A DNA stretch of 63,839 bases, counting the filler, from Vannella sp. (Eukaryota), in NCBI GenBank assembly GCA_023345925.1. It is 8 parts of 8 records of this genome, joined end to end, with 100 filler letters (N's around TTAATTAATTAA, not from the genome) between each part and the next. Parts side by side here need not be neighbours in the genome. Positions count along the whole stretch, not along the records: positions 20,094 to 30,001 come from JAJQQN010001013.1; positions 30,102 to 41,504 come from JAJQQN010001399.1; 6 more parts are not named here. One strand, given 5' to 3'. The notes beneath the pieces are model-generated. The model saw only the letters and a program-made list of their open reading frames with translations, did no database searches and had not been told where the DNA came from. Shown in pieces: positions 23,401 through 37,243 of this stretch. A program made the translations under genes and the position numbers. Each line of letters begins with the position of its first letter. The stretch's first letter is position 1.

Positions 23401-23537
23401 GAAGGAAAACCAATCGCCGTGATCGTCTTCTCAGTAGGTTAAGAAGCTCCCCTCCACCACATTACTCACTTCTCCCAGGAAACCTCCGCAACATCACTGT
23501 CCTTGAAAGTGGCGGGGACTTTCTCATCAGATTCTAA
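20435..23537 (+). CDS. Single-pass surface receptor: signal peptide, LRR N-cap and LRRs, Ser/Thr/Pro stalk, GAIN/GPS-like domain, TM, short tail; 6 exons
   Basis: QSLVDLYDSTNG.SW..W...DPC...WFGI.C cap and L..N.L.G.LP repeats. Exons 20435-20724, 20782-20850, 20896-20964, 21023-21091, 21148-21219, 21272-23537. GPS ICGTTDHLTNFALLL; TM VIAWLSLSFVGGAIVVVILSGVVI. Confidence 0.9.
21490..22850 (+). repeat. Low-complexity mucin-like coding region with internal tandem duplications
   Basis: Alternating Ser/Thr dipeptide pattern; repeated units such as SETPTVTSTSSPSASS x2 and SASTSVTSSA x2. Confidence 0.9.
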
Positions 23538-23820
23538 GTTTGTGGGCCAAACTCCCAAAGGACAGACCATCATCCAGGCGCCTCAAGATACTTCCCGTTT
23601 TTGAAGTTTCTGCGGATTGCTTGCTCGCTGGTTCTATCTTATTTCTTTCTTCTTTCAGAATCCCATTATGTGGATAAACACGAACGGAATGAGGGCCTCT
23701 TCTTGACCCTCATTCCCACTCCTTTCCAGAATCTCACAAGAATGGAGACCTCCTCAGTGGAGGTGAATCTGCTCTCTGGTAACAGAAGGATGTTGTTTGT
23801 TTGTTGAGAAGAGAATGTGC

Positions 23821-24598
23821 TCAAGGGAGAGCGTCTTCGAGGCGATTGCGACGAAGTGGGAGGTCTTTTCGGAGTTTGCTGGCTTGTCGCTTGGACTTCT
23901 TGGCCATCCACTTGTCCAGTTGACCCTTCTTCTGTAGTTCGTCGAACTTCCTCTCTTTCAGGATCTCCTTGATCTCCGCTAGCCCTCCTGGGTCAGTTTT
24001 CCCTTTCCCGAAGGCTCTGTGCGCCTTGTTGTAGGTCCTTACACTTCCTGGCAAAGTAAGGCTTCTTTCCCTTGGCCACGAGAACAGATTCCTTCTTTCG
24101 TTGGTCCGAACGGACCGCCTCGAACTGCAATCGGTTCTTCTTGGACCGAAGTTGATCCTCCTGAACACTCCCTGATGAGATCAGACTCACTTTGGAGAAG
24201 GTAAACGAACGAGAATGGTCTTTGCTCTCTTCAGTGCTTCTAGTTCATCCTCAGGTAAGCGCTTCTGCTTGATCTGTGACTGAAGTTGCGAGACCTCTTT
24301 TTGCTTGATTCTGGCCCCTCCTGTCAGTACTGAGCCTGAAGGATCTCATCTATGGAGACTCAACTCGTCAATGAACTCGTAACTCTTCTCAAAAGAAGGT
24401 TTCATCACCCCAAATCGCTCGTCAAAGCGAGGGTCAAGTCTCTTCTGCAACAAAGTCAACAATGCAGGCCTTTTGACTCATTCTCTTGGTTGTAAACACA
24501 TCCTCTAGTACCTTCTTCTTATTTGCCACGACCTGCTTAAAGGGATGAGCCCTCTTCTTCGATGAGATCTCTTGAGGAGCCGCCCCTTCTCCTTCCAT
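23821..24598 (-). CDS. RRP36: rRNA biogenesis protein RRP36, multi-exon; start uncertain
   Basis: APQEISSKK, DPRFD..F.KSYEFIDE, E..LVAKGKKPYF, KFDELQKKGQLDKWMAKK. Confidence 0.88.
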
Positions 24599-24860
24599 CC
24601 CGCCAGAAAATGATTTCTTCCCCCTCTCTTCAAGCAACTTGACTAAACCACTCTCCCTCCTTGCTTGAGAACCACTAAGGAGGCCTACTTTCCTCTCCTG
24701 AAGCCATTCCTAGGGGAGCATGGACTGGCCCTTGATCTGAGGCTCAAGCAATGATGAACAGCAGCATCAAGGGAAAGAGCCTGGCTCTACCTTGGAATGG
24801 TGATCACACTTGCAGCCCAGAGAGGACAGATCCTTCTAGTGAACTGTGTTTTAGAGATGA

Positions 24861-26746
<1,886 letters not shown>

Positions 26747-26886
26747 GATGTGAAATGTTATGAGATGACCCCAAGTCTTCATTCATTGATAGCAATTAAT
26801 GACTTGTTTGGAGAATTCCACTGGGACCCGGCTTGGAGATGATAAAGACTTGAGGAAAGGCACTTTTTGGTGTGCTTTGGAAGGGG

Positions 26887-29635
26887 ATGAAGGTCTACGT
26901 TCACTATGAAGACCCTCTGTTGGAGTTCACGGCAGTGATTCCATGCCAGCCAGAGGACTTGGTGGCCACTGTGGCTCAGGTGAGGAGTGTTGGGTTCAAA
27001 GGAGGGGAGAACTGATGGATGGTTTGGAAGAGGTTCCTGGACTCGGTCAGAAAGACTTACCCAACGTTGAACGTTGATGTTTCTCAGTATCAGCTACGAA
27101 CAGAGAGGGGAAAGGATCTCCCTGGGACGTCCTCTCTTCTGCAAAGCGGCGTGGCGACGGGGCAAGACCTTTTTGTCGCTCCCTCTGCGCCAAAGCAAGC
27201 TGTTACCGCCCCAAAGAAGCTCAGTCCTACTAAGCAAGACCTTCAGTACGTAGAGAAGCTGAAGGAGGAAGGAAACGAGCAGATGAAGCAGGGGCAGTAT
27301 GCCTTGGCTTGCGAGCGCTATTCTGAGGCGATTAGTCTTGATGATAGCAATGCAGTACTCTATGGAAACCGTTCTCAGGCTCATCTGAGCCTTTCTCAGT
27401 GGAAGGAGGCCCTTGAAGATGCCCAACGAGCTGTTGAGATCGATGGCACCTTTGCCAAAGCCTACCTCCGTGGTGGAAAGGCCGCCATGGCCTTGGGAAA
27501 CCATAGAGAAGCACACTCCATCTTAGTTCGCGGCCTTCGTGTGGCTGACAGGAAGAACGACAAGCTCAGTCAGCAGATGTGCAGGGAGCTCCGCAAGATG
27601 ATCTCTGACTGCGAGACCCAGATGGCATCACTGAAGGACACTGACTCTTCTTCTTCTAATCCAAGGAGTGCTGCACTGGAAGAGAGTCAAAAGGCTCAGT
27701 TGATTGACCAGTTCCAGCGATCCATCGAGCAGATGCAAACAGAGTTCAACAATGGCAAGCTGCGACAAGCCAAGGAGATCGCTAAAGGCATACTGGAAGT
27801 AGTGAAAGGAGAGAAGCTAGCTTCTCATTACCTTAGCACGATTCTCCTGGCCGCTGACAAGGATTTGGAGGCAATTCAAGTTCTGGAACCTGCCTTAGCT
27901 GCTCACAGTGGCGAGTTGGAGCTACGGGTTAGTCTCTCAGAGGCTTACTTCAGGACTGGGAAGTACCAAAAGTGCTATAGCACCCTTTGTGCAGCAAAGG
28001 ATGTCAAGAAAGGGTCAGCAGAGTATGACAGAGTCGCTATCCGCAAGGCTAAAGCTTTACTTCAGCTGCAAAGAGAAGAAGAGGGCGCTAAGATCATCAT
28101 GGAACTACTTCAGAAGAACGAAAGTAACCCAGAGGCACTTCTCGAGTACGGTAACGTTCTCCTGAACCGCGGAGTGGCTCAGGAAGCCATCAAAGTCTTC
28201 CTTCGAGCACTCATTCTCTCTTCAGAGAGCAAAATAGTTCGCAGAAAGCTGGCCCTTGCGGTGACTTCGGAGGGAGGCTTGGAAATGCTGTTGAAGGAGC
28301 TTCAGGATGCTAACTCAGCCTCGGCCCTAGCTTTCTTGGCGCTCATTTTCAAGGATTATGGCGCTTTGGAAGAGTCTGCAGTCCTCTTCAAGGGTGCTGC
28401 AACGGAGGCTCCGTCTAGCTCCACGTTTACTTTGAACTACGTCCACGTTCTGGAGATTTTGGTGCGCTACCAACTTGGGTTTGAGTTCACAAAGAAGTTC
28501 TTAGCTAATAGCGCTAAAACCAGCCTTCCTTTCACTGATGGAACGGGACGATTGTCTTGCCAAGCACTTTTCGATACTATCTCGGGACTCGCTCTCATCG
28601 ACACTGCATTCAATGGGAGACTGCAGACTTCTGAAAAGGAGAGAAACTCTCTTCCTCCTGTGTACTTGAAGTCTTCTGAGAAGGTTCCTCACAATCTATC
28701 TGCTGATGAGCTTGACCTGATGGCTCTGATTTTTACCCTGGTGAAGATTCTTTACCTCCAGGGAGAGATTGAATTAGTGCACAAACTTGTGGCACTTATT
28801 GAGCCCGCGCGTCAATCGAAAGAGCTCCATCTCACAAGCATTCGTAACGAAAATGCTTATTACTGCTGTATTGCACAGCTCCTCCCTGCTATCTCAGTGC
28901 CTCTATCATCTGCAGCACCAATCTTTGTAGTTGGAGACAGTCATGCGCTCTCCACGGCCTGGCAAGAACTCACTTTGCCTTCGGGAGAAAAGCGATTGAC
29001 TGTTCCAAAGCTTGTAACTGGCTGTAAGATGTGGCACCTCCGTCCAGAAGCTTATTTCTTCCCCAAGGAGAACTTTTATAACATCGTGGAAACTAGTAAG
29101 TACCTGTTACTTGATGGAAAGGCCTTTCTGACAGCTTTTAGTTCCTGATGGATCTGAGGCGATCTTCCTCTTTGGGGAAATCGATTGTCGAGAAGGGATT
29201 CTGGTGGCCGTCGAGAAGTGTCGTTACGAGGTAAATCTCATCCTTCTCTGTACAAAGGAAATAACGAAGTTGGCTAGACGGTGGAGGAGGGCATCGACCA
29301 CACCATCGAGATCTATCTGGCAGCTCTGGATGAGGTGAAGGAGGCCAAGAGACTAACAATCCACATTCACCCAGTCGTCCCAGTCCTGAATGAAACTCGG
29401 TAAGACCTGGCGAGGTTCAGTGGGACATGAGAATGCTCATTCGCTGGAATGCAGGAAAATGGTCAAGCAGTTCAACGCTGCCTTGAAGATGAAGGTGACC
29501 GAGAGAGGATACCATTGGATGGACTTCTTTGAGGAGCTTCTCACTCCAGAAGGAGATCAATTGAGAGAGGAATTCGCCCTCGACGGCACCCACCTCCACC
29601 CCTCTTACCTTTCCTTGGTTGCCAAGGCTCTTTGA
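26887..29635 (+). CDS. Ubiquitin-like + TPR repeats + C-terminal SGNH-hydrolase-like protein; 5 exons
   Basis: MKVYVHYE..DLFV beta-grasp-like N-terminus; co-chaperone-type TPR LKEEGN..LYGNRS..KAYLR; VVGDSH, FGEIDCREG and DGTHLHP SGNH blocks. Confidence 0.85.
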
Positions 29636-29721
29636 GTCATTCTTCATCGAATAAACCAACTCACCTCATTGCCAACATGCTTTAATTGACCTCGAATTTC
29701 ATTTCTTTCCATCCAGCGGGG

Positions 29722-29892
29722 ATGAACCGCACCAACCTGGGTCTTCTCTCCATGCTCTTGGCTGCAGGAGGAATCGTTTACTACGTGCATCATACACAGA
29801 CTTCCGAGCGAGAACGCATGCGACGAGGGCCTATCAATGACGTTAAACGTCGCCAACAACAACGATCGCTTGCAGAAGGGGCCTCGGCTTGA
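29722..29892 (+). CDS. PET117: Cytochrome c oxidase assembly factor PET117
   Basis: Short TM, then IVYYVH..Q..ERERMRRGP..D..R. Confidence 0.85.
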   Translation: MNRTNLGLLSMLLAAGGIVYYVHHTQTSERERMRRGPINDVKRRQQQRSLAEGASA

Positions 29893-30001
29893 TCAGCTTT
29901 GGACACGCAAATCGCATGTTGACACAATTACACAATTTGTGGACAAATTTCCACATTATCATTACATTCCTTTTTTCACTCCTCACCTTTGACTCGAGTC
30001 T

Positions 30002-30101
30002 NNNNNNNNNNNNNNNNNNNNNNNNNNNNNNNNNNNNNNNNNNNNTTAATTAATTAANNNNNNNNNNNNNNNNNNNNNNNNNNNNNNNNNNNNNNNNNNN
30101 N
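30002..30101. other. Artificial contig linker
   Basis: N44-TTAATTAATTAA-N44. Confidence 0.99.
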
Positions 30102-31136
30102 GAGAGTGCGACTTTGACAACTTCATTCCGGCCATCCAATTCTCGAGCCCTTACCTCGCCTGAGCCATCCGTTTCTCAAGCACTTACCACTCCAGAGCTG
30201 TCCATTTCTCTTGAGTCTATCTTGCTGGAGCCATCCGTTTCTCCAGCACCTTCCTCAATGGCCCCATCTAGAACGCAGTTGGAAAGTCCGTCGTCTTCTT
30301 CTCTTCCCAACCAATCCTCTGCTTCACCTAGTCCATCTGTGGATAATCCCGAGTCTCGGCCTATTTCTCCTTCACCTTCGAGTTCCATCCAAGAGGAATC
30401 TTCATCCAGCTCCAGTTCCGAAGCAAGCCCCTCTCCCGTTCGTTCAAGGGCCATTGAACCCTTCACCTCTGGAGAATGTGAGAACTGTGAAGTATACACA
30501 GTTTCTATTGTCTTGGACGGAGGAAGCCAAGTGACTGAGGTCGATTTGGACACTCCTCGTGGATCCATTGGAACAATCTACATTCCGAGTGATATTACAA
30601 AAGGGGGTGGTACCTTGCTTATCACTTTTGTGACAGATCTTCCAGAAACAAATGACCCTCGATCTCATGACCTTGGATCCACGTTGGTGGACTTGACTCT
30701 GCTCGATGAGAATGGAAGGTCTGTTCACAATTTGCCAGACACAGTCAAGATCTGCCTCAAAGAGGAGAAGTCTTTCAAGAAAGACTCTGCATGCCTGAGC
30801 TTCTACGACGAAAAGCGCGAAGATTGGCATTGCCAGGATGATTGTCTGGAATCGAGTTCGTCAGGATATTGTGGGACTACGGACCATTTCACCTCCTTTG
30901 CCCTCCTTTTGAATGGAATCGGACGTGGAGGAGGACCTCGAGGATTCAATGACCCATGTCATACGTCTGATCGAAAGGCAGTCTTTTCTTGGATCACCTT
31001 GGCCTTCGTAGCAGGAGCAATTTGTATCGTTCTCATCTCAATCGTCCTAATTGAGATACGATTCCGCCACAAAAAGTTCAGATACAATATGCAGCTCAGT
31101 GGGATGAACAAGCAACTGTCGAAGCATAACTATTGA
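30102..31136 (+). CDS. Ser/Pro stalk-GPS-single-TM receptor, paralogue of 20435-23537, 5'-truncated
   Basis: IGTIYIP, DLTLLD, CLSFYDEK...W.CQDDCL, YCGTTDHFTSFALLL, DPC, WITLAFVAGAI..IEI. Confidence 0.9.
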   Translation, partial: ESATLTTSFRPSNSRALTSPEPSVSQALTTPELSISLESILLEPSVSPAPSSMAPSRTQLESPSSSSLPNQSSASPSPSVDNPESRPISPSPSSSIQEESSSSSSSEASPSPVRSRAIEPFTSGECENCEVYTVSIVLDGGSQVTEVDLDTPRGSIGTIYIPSDITKGGGTLLITFVTDLPETNDPRSHDLGSTLVDLTLLDENGRSVHNLPDTVKICLKEEKSFKKDSACLSFYDEKREDWHCQDDCLESSSSGYCGTTDHFTSFALLLNGIGRGGGPRGFNDPCHTSDRKAVFSWITLAFVAGAICIVLISIVLIEIRFRHKKFRYNMQLSGMNKQLSKHNY

Positions 31137-31261
31137 CCTCCTCTTGATTACTCGACCTCACCTGTTTTGAATAAATTTTATTAAATCTTTTATTTTTTAA
31201 ATTTTTTAAAAGAGGATTGGAGGCTGCTTCTTGGTGACCGAAGGCATTTTCGGGGCCGTTG

Positions 31262-33025
31262 ATGGCGAACGTGGGAGATGTTTTGCGTTCGTTGGAGGGA
31301 GCGACCTTTCGGTATCACTCCGTGTCTCGTGTTGCATTGGGAGATACGCAAGAGCATGAGCAGGGAGGTGATAACGACGTGATCTGTATTCTCGACTCGG
31401 GGGATGAGGAGAGTGATCAAGAGGAGTCCAGTGATTCGGAGGAGTTCATACAGCTACGACCTGATGGGAGTACACCTGGAGAGTCTTTCATTGCTGTTGG
31501 AGAACTCCCAAAAGCCGTTGCAACTCAACGCTCCACTGTTCCAGCTATTCAAGGAGATCCTCGCTGCCCCTGGCGGCCTCTCAACTACCAACCAGAGACG
31601 TACGTCCCATCCTCTTTCTTAACCACTTGAAAGAGGGCTCACCAGCGCTAGCATGGACGAGGATCTCCAACTCTTCGTCCACTGGATGGAACCGCGCCCA
31701 GAAGAGAAGTACGCGCGCGATCTCTTCGTTTCTCAAGTGACCAAGATCATAGCAGAGGTTTGTGGTCAACAGGCCCAAGCTGTGGTCTTTGGGAGCTTCG
31801 CTACAGACCTATACTTGCCTACAAGTGACATTGACATGGTCATCCTCAACTCAGAGCGGCAGAATCCCATCCACAAGCTCGCTGCTGAGCTTCGCAAGCA
31901 GTCCTTCATACGGAACATCATTGTGATCACGCGCGCGCGAGTTCCACTCATCAAGTTCGAGGATTCATTGACGGGGATTCAGATGGACATCTCCTTCGAC
32001 ATGATCAACGGCCCACGCAATGTTGACGTTGTTAACAATCTCTTACAGGAATACCCACAAGTGAGTGACTTCCTAGTCTCTGCTCTGCCTTCACGAATTG
32101 ACTTTGAGGAAGGCAAGAGACTTGATGCTTGTTATGAAGTACATTCTCAAGCAGAAGCAGATGAATGAGGTGTTCACAGGAGGGATTGGATCGTTCGCCT
32201 TGTTCTTGTTGATTGTTTCGTTCCTTCAGCATCACGAAGGTATCAGAAAAGGAACTTCTCTGTCCAGCCTTCTGGTCGACTTTTGCGAGCTTTACGGGTG
32301 CGAGTTCAATTACTACTCTGCAGGCATCTGCGTGCTAGAAGGTGGCTCGTACTTTGATAAGGAACGCCGTGGTTGGTTCAATGGCAGTCAACCCCATCTT
32401 TTGAGTATTCAGGATCCTTGTGACCCAGACAACGTATGTTCCACATCTCTCCTTACCAAAATAGATCCTGACATGCGTCTAGGACGTGTCAAAGAGCTCT
32501 TACAATATCATGACTGTCAGGAATGTGCTGCACAGTATTTTCAGGATTCTCTCAAAGCCCCGGGCTTCGCCAATTCTGCTTGATGCAGTCTTCAATATTG
32601 ACGCAGAGCTACTTCAGTATCGGATGCGAGTTCACAATCTCTTTGGGAAAGCTGTAAATAGCGACGCTCCTCTGGTTCCAATCCACTTTCCCCCTTCCCC
32701 TCCTTATGGTGGAAGACAAGCGCAACCTCTCAAGCGAAGCCGAGAGTCTTTTGAAAGGGATAGCAGTAGCCCAAGACAAAGAACACCCAAGCAAAAGGGT
32801 GGGCACGGGCAAAAGATCAACGAAAACTGGAAGAAGTCTGGAAAGAGATCCTCCCAAGACGAGGAAGACACTCCATCGAAGAAAAAGAGCTCGAAGAAGA
32901 AGCAAAGGCGCTCTAAAGATGGAGACTGGAAGCCTCCAAAGAAGAACAGTCACTCAAGCGAAGGAAATGGTCGCCCTTGGCGCAGAGATTCTGGAGGTGA
33001 TCAGAAAAAGAGACGCTTTTCATAA
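31262..33025 (+). CDS. TENT4: Non-canonical poly(A) polymerase TENT4/PAPD5/Trf4, multi-exon
   Basis: FGSFATDLYLPTSDIDMV, ARVPLIKF, MDISF, NEVFTGGIGSF, LSIQDP.DP.N; basic C-terminal tail. Confidence 0.93.
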
Positions 33026-33262
33026 AGCCTCGTATCTCAGAGTGGTCTGGGCGACAGAATGATGGCGCAGAATCTCTGGAGGTGATCACAAAAAGAGAGA
33101 ATCCTTGAGCCAGGCGACTGGCCTCTCAGAGCAGCCAAAATCACATCAGTACGAGGAAATAGGAAGGAGAGTGTTTAGGATATCTTTCAGGGGGCCCATT
33201 TTGACGCCGGAAGTCCCCAATAGAGCAGAGCAGCTCATTCATTTGTTTGTGCTCGGCTGGCA

Positions 33263-33758
33263 ATGGCGGCAGCAGCGTGAGTTGGGTGGGAAATGCGGTT
33301 TGCATTGGGTTTGACGGCAGTGGGAAAGGTCCAAAGCAAAGGTCTCCTTTAAGATCACATTGACCTCTGATCCGAAGCTTCCTTATCGAGTGTGAGTGGA
33401 GGTGGTGGTCTCGGGTGCGGGGATCGAAGCTGAGATTGTGATCAGGTTCAGTGTCCCGGAGTCTGCACCGTTTACTGCCGTTCTCAAGTATGCTGCTGAT
33501 GAGGTAAGAATAGAGAGAAGAGGCGTTCCCTCTTCGTCACTCACAAAGGAGCCAGTTTGGAGTGGAGTCGGACTCGAGCGCCATCTTGACGAATGGTGCG
33601 TGTCATTGCGTCATTCCTTCGTACTCCATTCTGATCCCTTGAAAACAGATGGAGTAGCCATCAATCCCTCTCAAACAGCAGGAGCCATCTTCCTCAAGAA
33701 CGGAAGTGACCTGAAACTCATTCCACGGGACAAAGTAGGCATGCAAGTGTCTGCTTAA
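33263..33758 (+). CDS. UFM1: Ubiquitin-fold modifier 1; 5 exons
   Basis: Spliced [74 protein letters not shown] followed by the propeptide MQVSA. Confidence 0.95.
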
Positions 33759-34244
33759 GAGGCAATGAGACACAACAGGAAGGTCTCTCGAAGGAAAGGG
33801 GCACAGGAGAAGGAGATGGCGATAAAGGACGCCATTCGCACCCCTCTTGGGCAGCAAAGGAGCATTTTTTCTTGCTTCTGGGAGCTTTAGAAGTCATTTC
33901 ATAGGCTTCCATGAGCGCTCCTCATGAGGGCGACCTCGCTCTTCCGAGTAAGTGGGAAAAGAGGGGGTGTGGGGGCTGCTGGCGCGGATGGTTGACCCTG
34001 AAGCTAGTACAAAAGGTGCTGGATGTTCTTCACCGTGGGATAACGGAAGAGTTCGTCACCCAGGCCAAGAGTGGTAAGAGCAACTTGCTCTCCTGATCTC
34101 CATCCACTCATTGAAGCAGTGCTGGCCAAAGATACCTTGGTAGAGTTGAAAGTAGTAGCAGAGTCTCTAAAGGAGGACGATTGGATGTTCACCGAAGGAC
34201 GGGGACTACCATAAAAGGCGGTTTATGAAAGAGCGTCGTGTTCG

Positions 34245-36381
34245 TCACTCTCCAAGTTGCTTTAAAGCCACAAACATCTGTGCAAAGTCGTTGTGACCCG
34301 AAGTCAACTCATTGCGGTTCCTAAAGTGCTGGTAAACGGCGTAGAAGAGGACATCGTCCTTCTCCGCAGCAGCTGCTTGGAGGAACTGAGTCACCTCTTG
34401 AGGGGATGTCTCCTTGGTAGAGCGGGTTGAGATACGCAAGGCAGGGAGCACCTGCTTCCGTAGAAGGAGGATCTCAATCATCAGGGAGGAAGGAATGTTC
34501 AATCGCTTGAGCATGTCCAAGGCCAGTTGGCCTGCAGGAGGGTAGCGGCTCTCAATCGAGAGCAGCTGATAAGCAACAGGTACAGAGTCAGAGATGATGT
34601 GATACTGTAGAAGCTGATGGAGCTGGTAGAATCGCCCGTTCCGGACAAGTGAGTTAATGACTAGCTCGTAGAGGAAGTAAAGAGCCTCAATTTGATAGTG
34701 TGTAAGGTTCCTAATGTACTCAATCACTACGGCAACAAAATACTTTTGATCCATCTGGCAAAAGGAGTGAGAATCCCCTCAAGGAAGAAGAGACTATCTC
34801 ACCTCTTCATTGTCCAGTGCAGAGTCAAGGAACACATCTCTGTGCATGTCTGACTGAGTGATGACAACATTACTGTCCCTTTTGATGTTCCTAAGGCTCT
34901 CCCGGAACTGTCTTTGAGATCCAGTGGTGGGACCCCCAACGCTAGTAAGGAAGGCAAAGGGCGGTACCTTTGGGTCCTTATGCATGTCATACTTCTCTTC
35001 CTCAGGGTGAGCTTGCAGCACGGCATTCAGTTTCTTGAAGAGTCTTGAGAGCTCCGAAAGGGAGGCTCGATGAAGAACCAATTGTTTGATGTGATTCAGT
35101 AGAAGAGGCTTACTCTCAAACCTGCGCAACAAGAAGTCCACCAGAAATGGACTAGGTGAGAGAATCTTCGCTAAAGTGTTCAAGTCCACCCGAATCTCTG
35201 AAGCCAATCCCTTGGTTGTGTTAATCACATAATTGGGATGGCAGAAGGTCCATTCGTCCCCGTCTACAGCTCATTAGAGAGACTCTGTAAGGCTGGATGA
35301 TGTGAGCTTACAAATGTTATCTTCTGGGGCTTCTGGAGAGCTTAAAACCTCTTGAGTGAGGAGAGGATTTGCTTCTCGAATGTCGAATATCAGAGTACAT
35401 TGCTTGTTCTTGCAGTGGCAGAGGAGTAAGTTATCAACAACCTGAAGAACTATCTCTCCTTCAACGGCCAAATCAATGACACTGGAAAGGGAGACGGAAT
35501 CTCGATTCATCTGATAGAGATGGAGCTGCCCTTTGATGTGGTGGAAGTGAATGCAGTATACTTTGTCATAGAGACGGCATATGGTCACATAGTTCTGCCT
35601 GATAACCATCCTTGTGTCCGCCTGAGGGCCATGAGCGTCCAATGCGAACTTGGGGATTCGCACAATTGAGGTGCCCTTGAAGAAGAATGCTTGAATAGAG
35701 CTACTTGTGCGATCTCCAGCTAAGAGGAGTAGCTTAGACTGCCACAGGAGGTCAGCAGGGAGGAAGAGCTTGCTGGAAGCGGTATTCAATCGAGACTCAC
35801 CGAGTACGCGAACCACTTGACCTCTGTACGATGTTCCTTCTGTAGTCTGACATAGTTCTTTGACGTTATCTGTCCTCATTCATCCTTTGAGCGCCCAGTT
35901 GGAGGGAAACAGAAGGAGACTCACCTGGTACAGCTCAAAGCCCGTTGTGGTCACCATGAAGAACGCGTCAGGTCCTGTCCAGAAGAAGTCAAGTATCTGT
36001 GATTGAGGGCGTCGGCAACGCTGAGAGAAGGACGCCTGGGCCTCAAGGTTGACAAAGTCAACCTGTTGCGGGCTCTTCCGCCATGAGAGGAACACATGCT
36101 CCAGCGAGAACTTGATAATATCCGAACTGATAGGAATGGCAAGTCTGTGAACCAGTCAGATGACGTTAGAACCACTCCCCTCACTAGAGGGAGAGGGCGC
36201 CTCACCCGATACGCGATATCTTCACTTGATCCCGCTCCCGACGCAAAGAGAGGCGCCTGATTTCCTTATCATACACTCCTACTAACTGTCGACCGCACCG
36301 ATCAAAGTAGATGTGCGAGGGGGAAGGACCAAACTGCAGAGCAGCGCTGAGCGCCAGAGCGCCGCCTCCTTCCCTGTCCAT
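34245..36381 (-). CDS. RMC1: Regulator of MON1-CCZ1 (Mic1/C18orf8), multi-exon
   Basis: Mic1 domain KYFVAVVIEYIR..FYQLHQLLQYHIISDS..QLALDMLKRL; N-terminal propeller IKFS, ILDFFW, G.ELYQV, VVDNLL. Confidence 0.92.
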
Positions 36382-36388
36382 CCAACTA

Positions 36389-37000
36389 ATGTGTATCAGT
36401 CATCCTCTCATGCCCTTTGAGGACCACACGCTGACACTACTTACTTCAGAAGGCGATCTGTTAGCTTTCGGGTTCAATGGGGACGGACAACTGGGCCTTG
36501 GTCATCAGGATGCGCTACTAGAGGCTGGGAGAGCTTGGAATGGTCAAGAGTGGTGCAGGTGGACTGGGGGTTCCATCACTCGCTTGCTCTGGATGAGGAG
36601 GGGAGTGTGTGTGGTTCGCGGGTCGTTCCACCGCGGAATCTGCTTCTCATCTCTTCCAGAGGATCCCTCTTGATCTCCCTCCTGTCAATATATAAGCTAG
36701 GCCTCAGAGTGCCGCGATTGACGCCAACGGCACGCTTTGGGCGAATGTGAGGATGGACGTCTTTAGAGCTGGGGAAACGGCCAATTTGGACAACTGGGAT
36801 CAGAAACTACTTTCTACAAGTCGGTACCTACTCTGGTTAACACTCTTAGTGGAGTTGCTGCCCTGATGTCTGGTGGTTTCCCTACTTTCGCTGTCTCCCA
36901 TGAAGGCACCTGCGTCGTCCTCGGTGCCAACTCGTATGGACAACTTAGAATCAGTTAGGATAGCCGACAGAAACCACTTGCACATCCTTCTCTCGTTCAG
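36389..37000 (+). pseudogene. Heavily decayed RCC1-repeat copy
   Basis: LMP..DHT..LLAFGFNGDGQLGLG, VVQVDWGFHHSLALDEEG, PTLV..L.G..AL and VLGANSYGQL, in shifting frames with stops; homologous to 1285-2457. Confidence 0.8.
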
Positions 37001-37243
37001 CTGGGTCCCAACGAGATATAGGGCAGGTAAAGAGTGTTCACTTTTGACGTTACTAGAAGCGAATTTATAAAGATCAGGTGTATCTTACTAAGACTCAATC
37101 TGATAGAAATGCATCTGATAAGAGGCAGGCCCTTTGGCACTTCAGATACTTTGAGATATTTTGTTCCCAGTGATCTGATTGGTCCAAAGCCAGAAATCTC
37201 GAAACTGGATCCAAAACGTGGCACTTTCTTTTGCTCTGGTAAG

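Noticed and set aside
33780..34230. Possible small spliced gene between UFM1 and RMC1
   Set aside because: Intron-like signals exist on the minus strand, but no consistent frame or recognisable product could be assembled.
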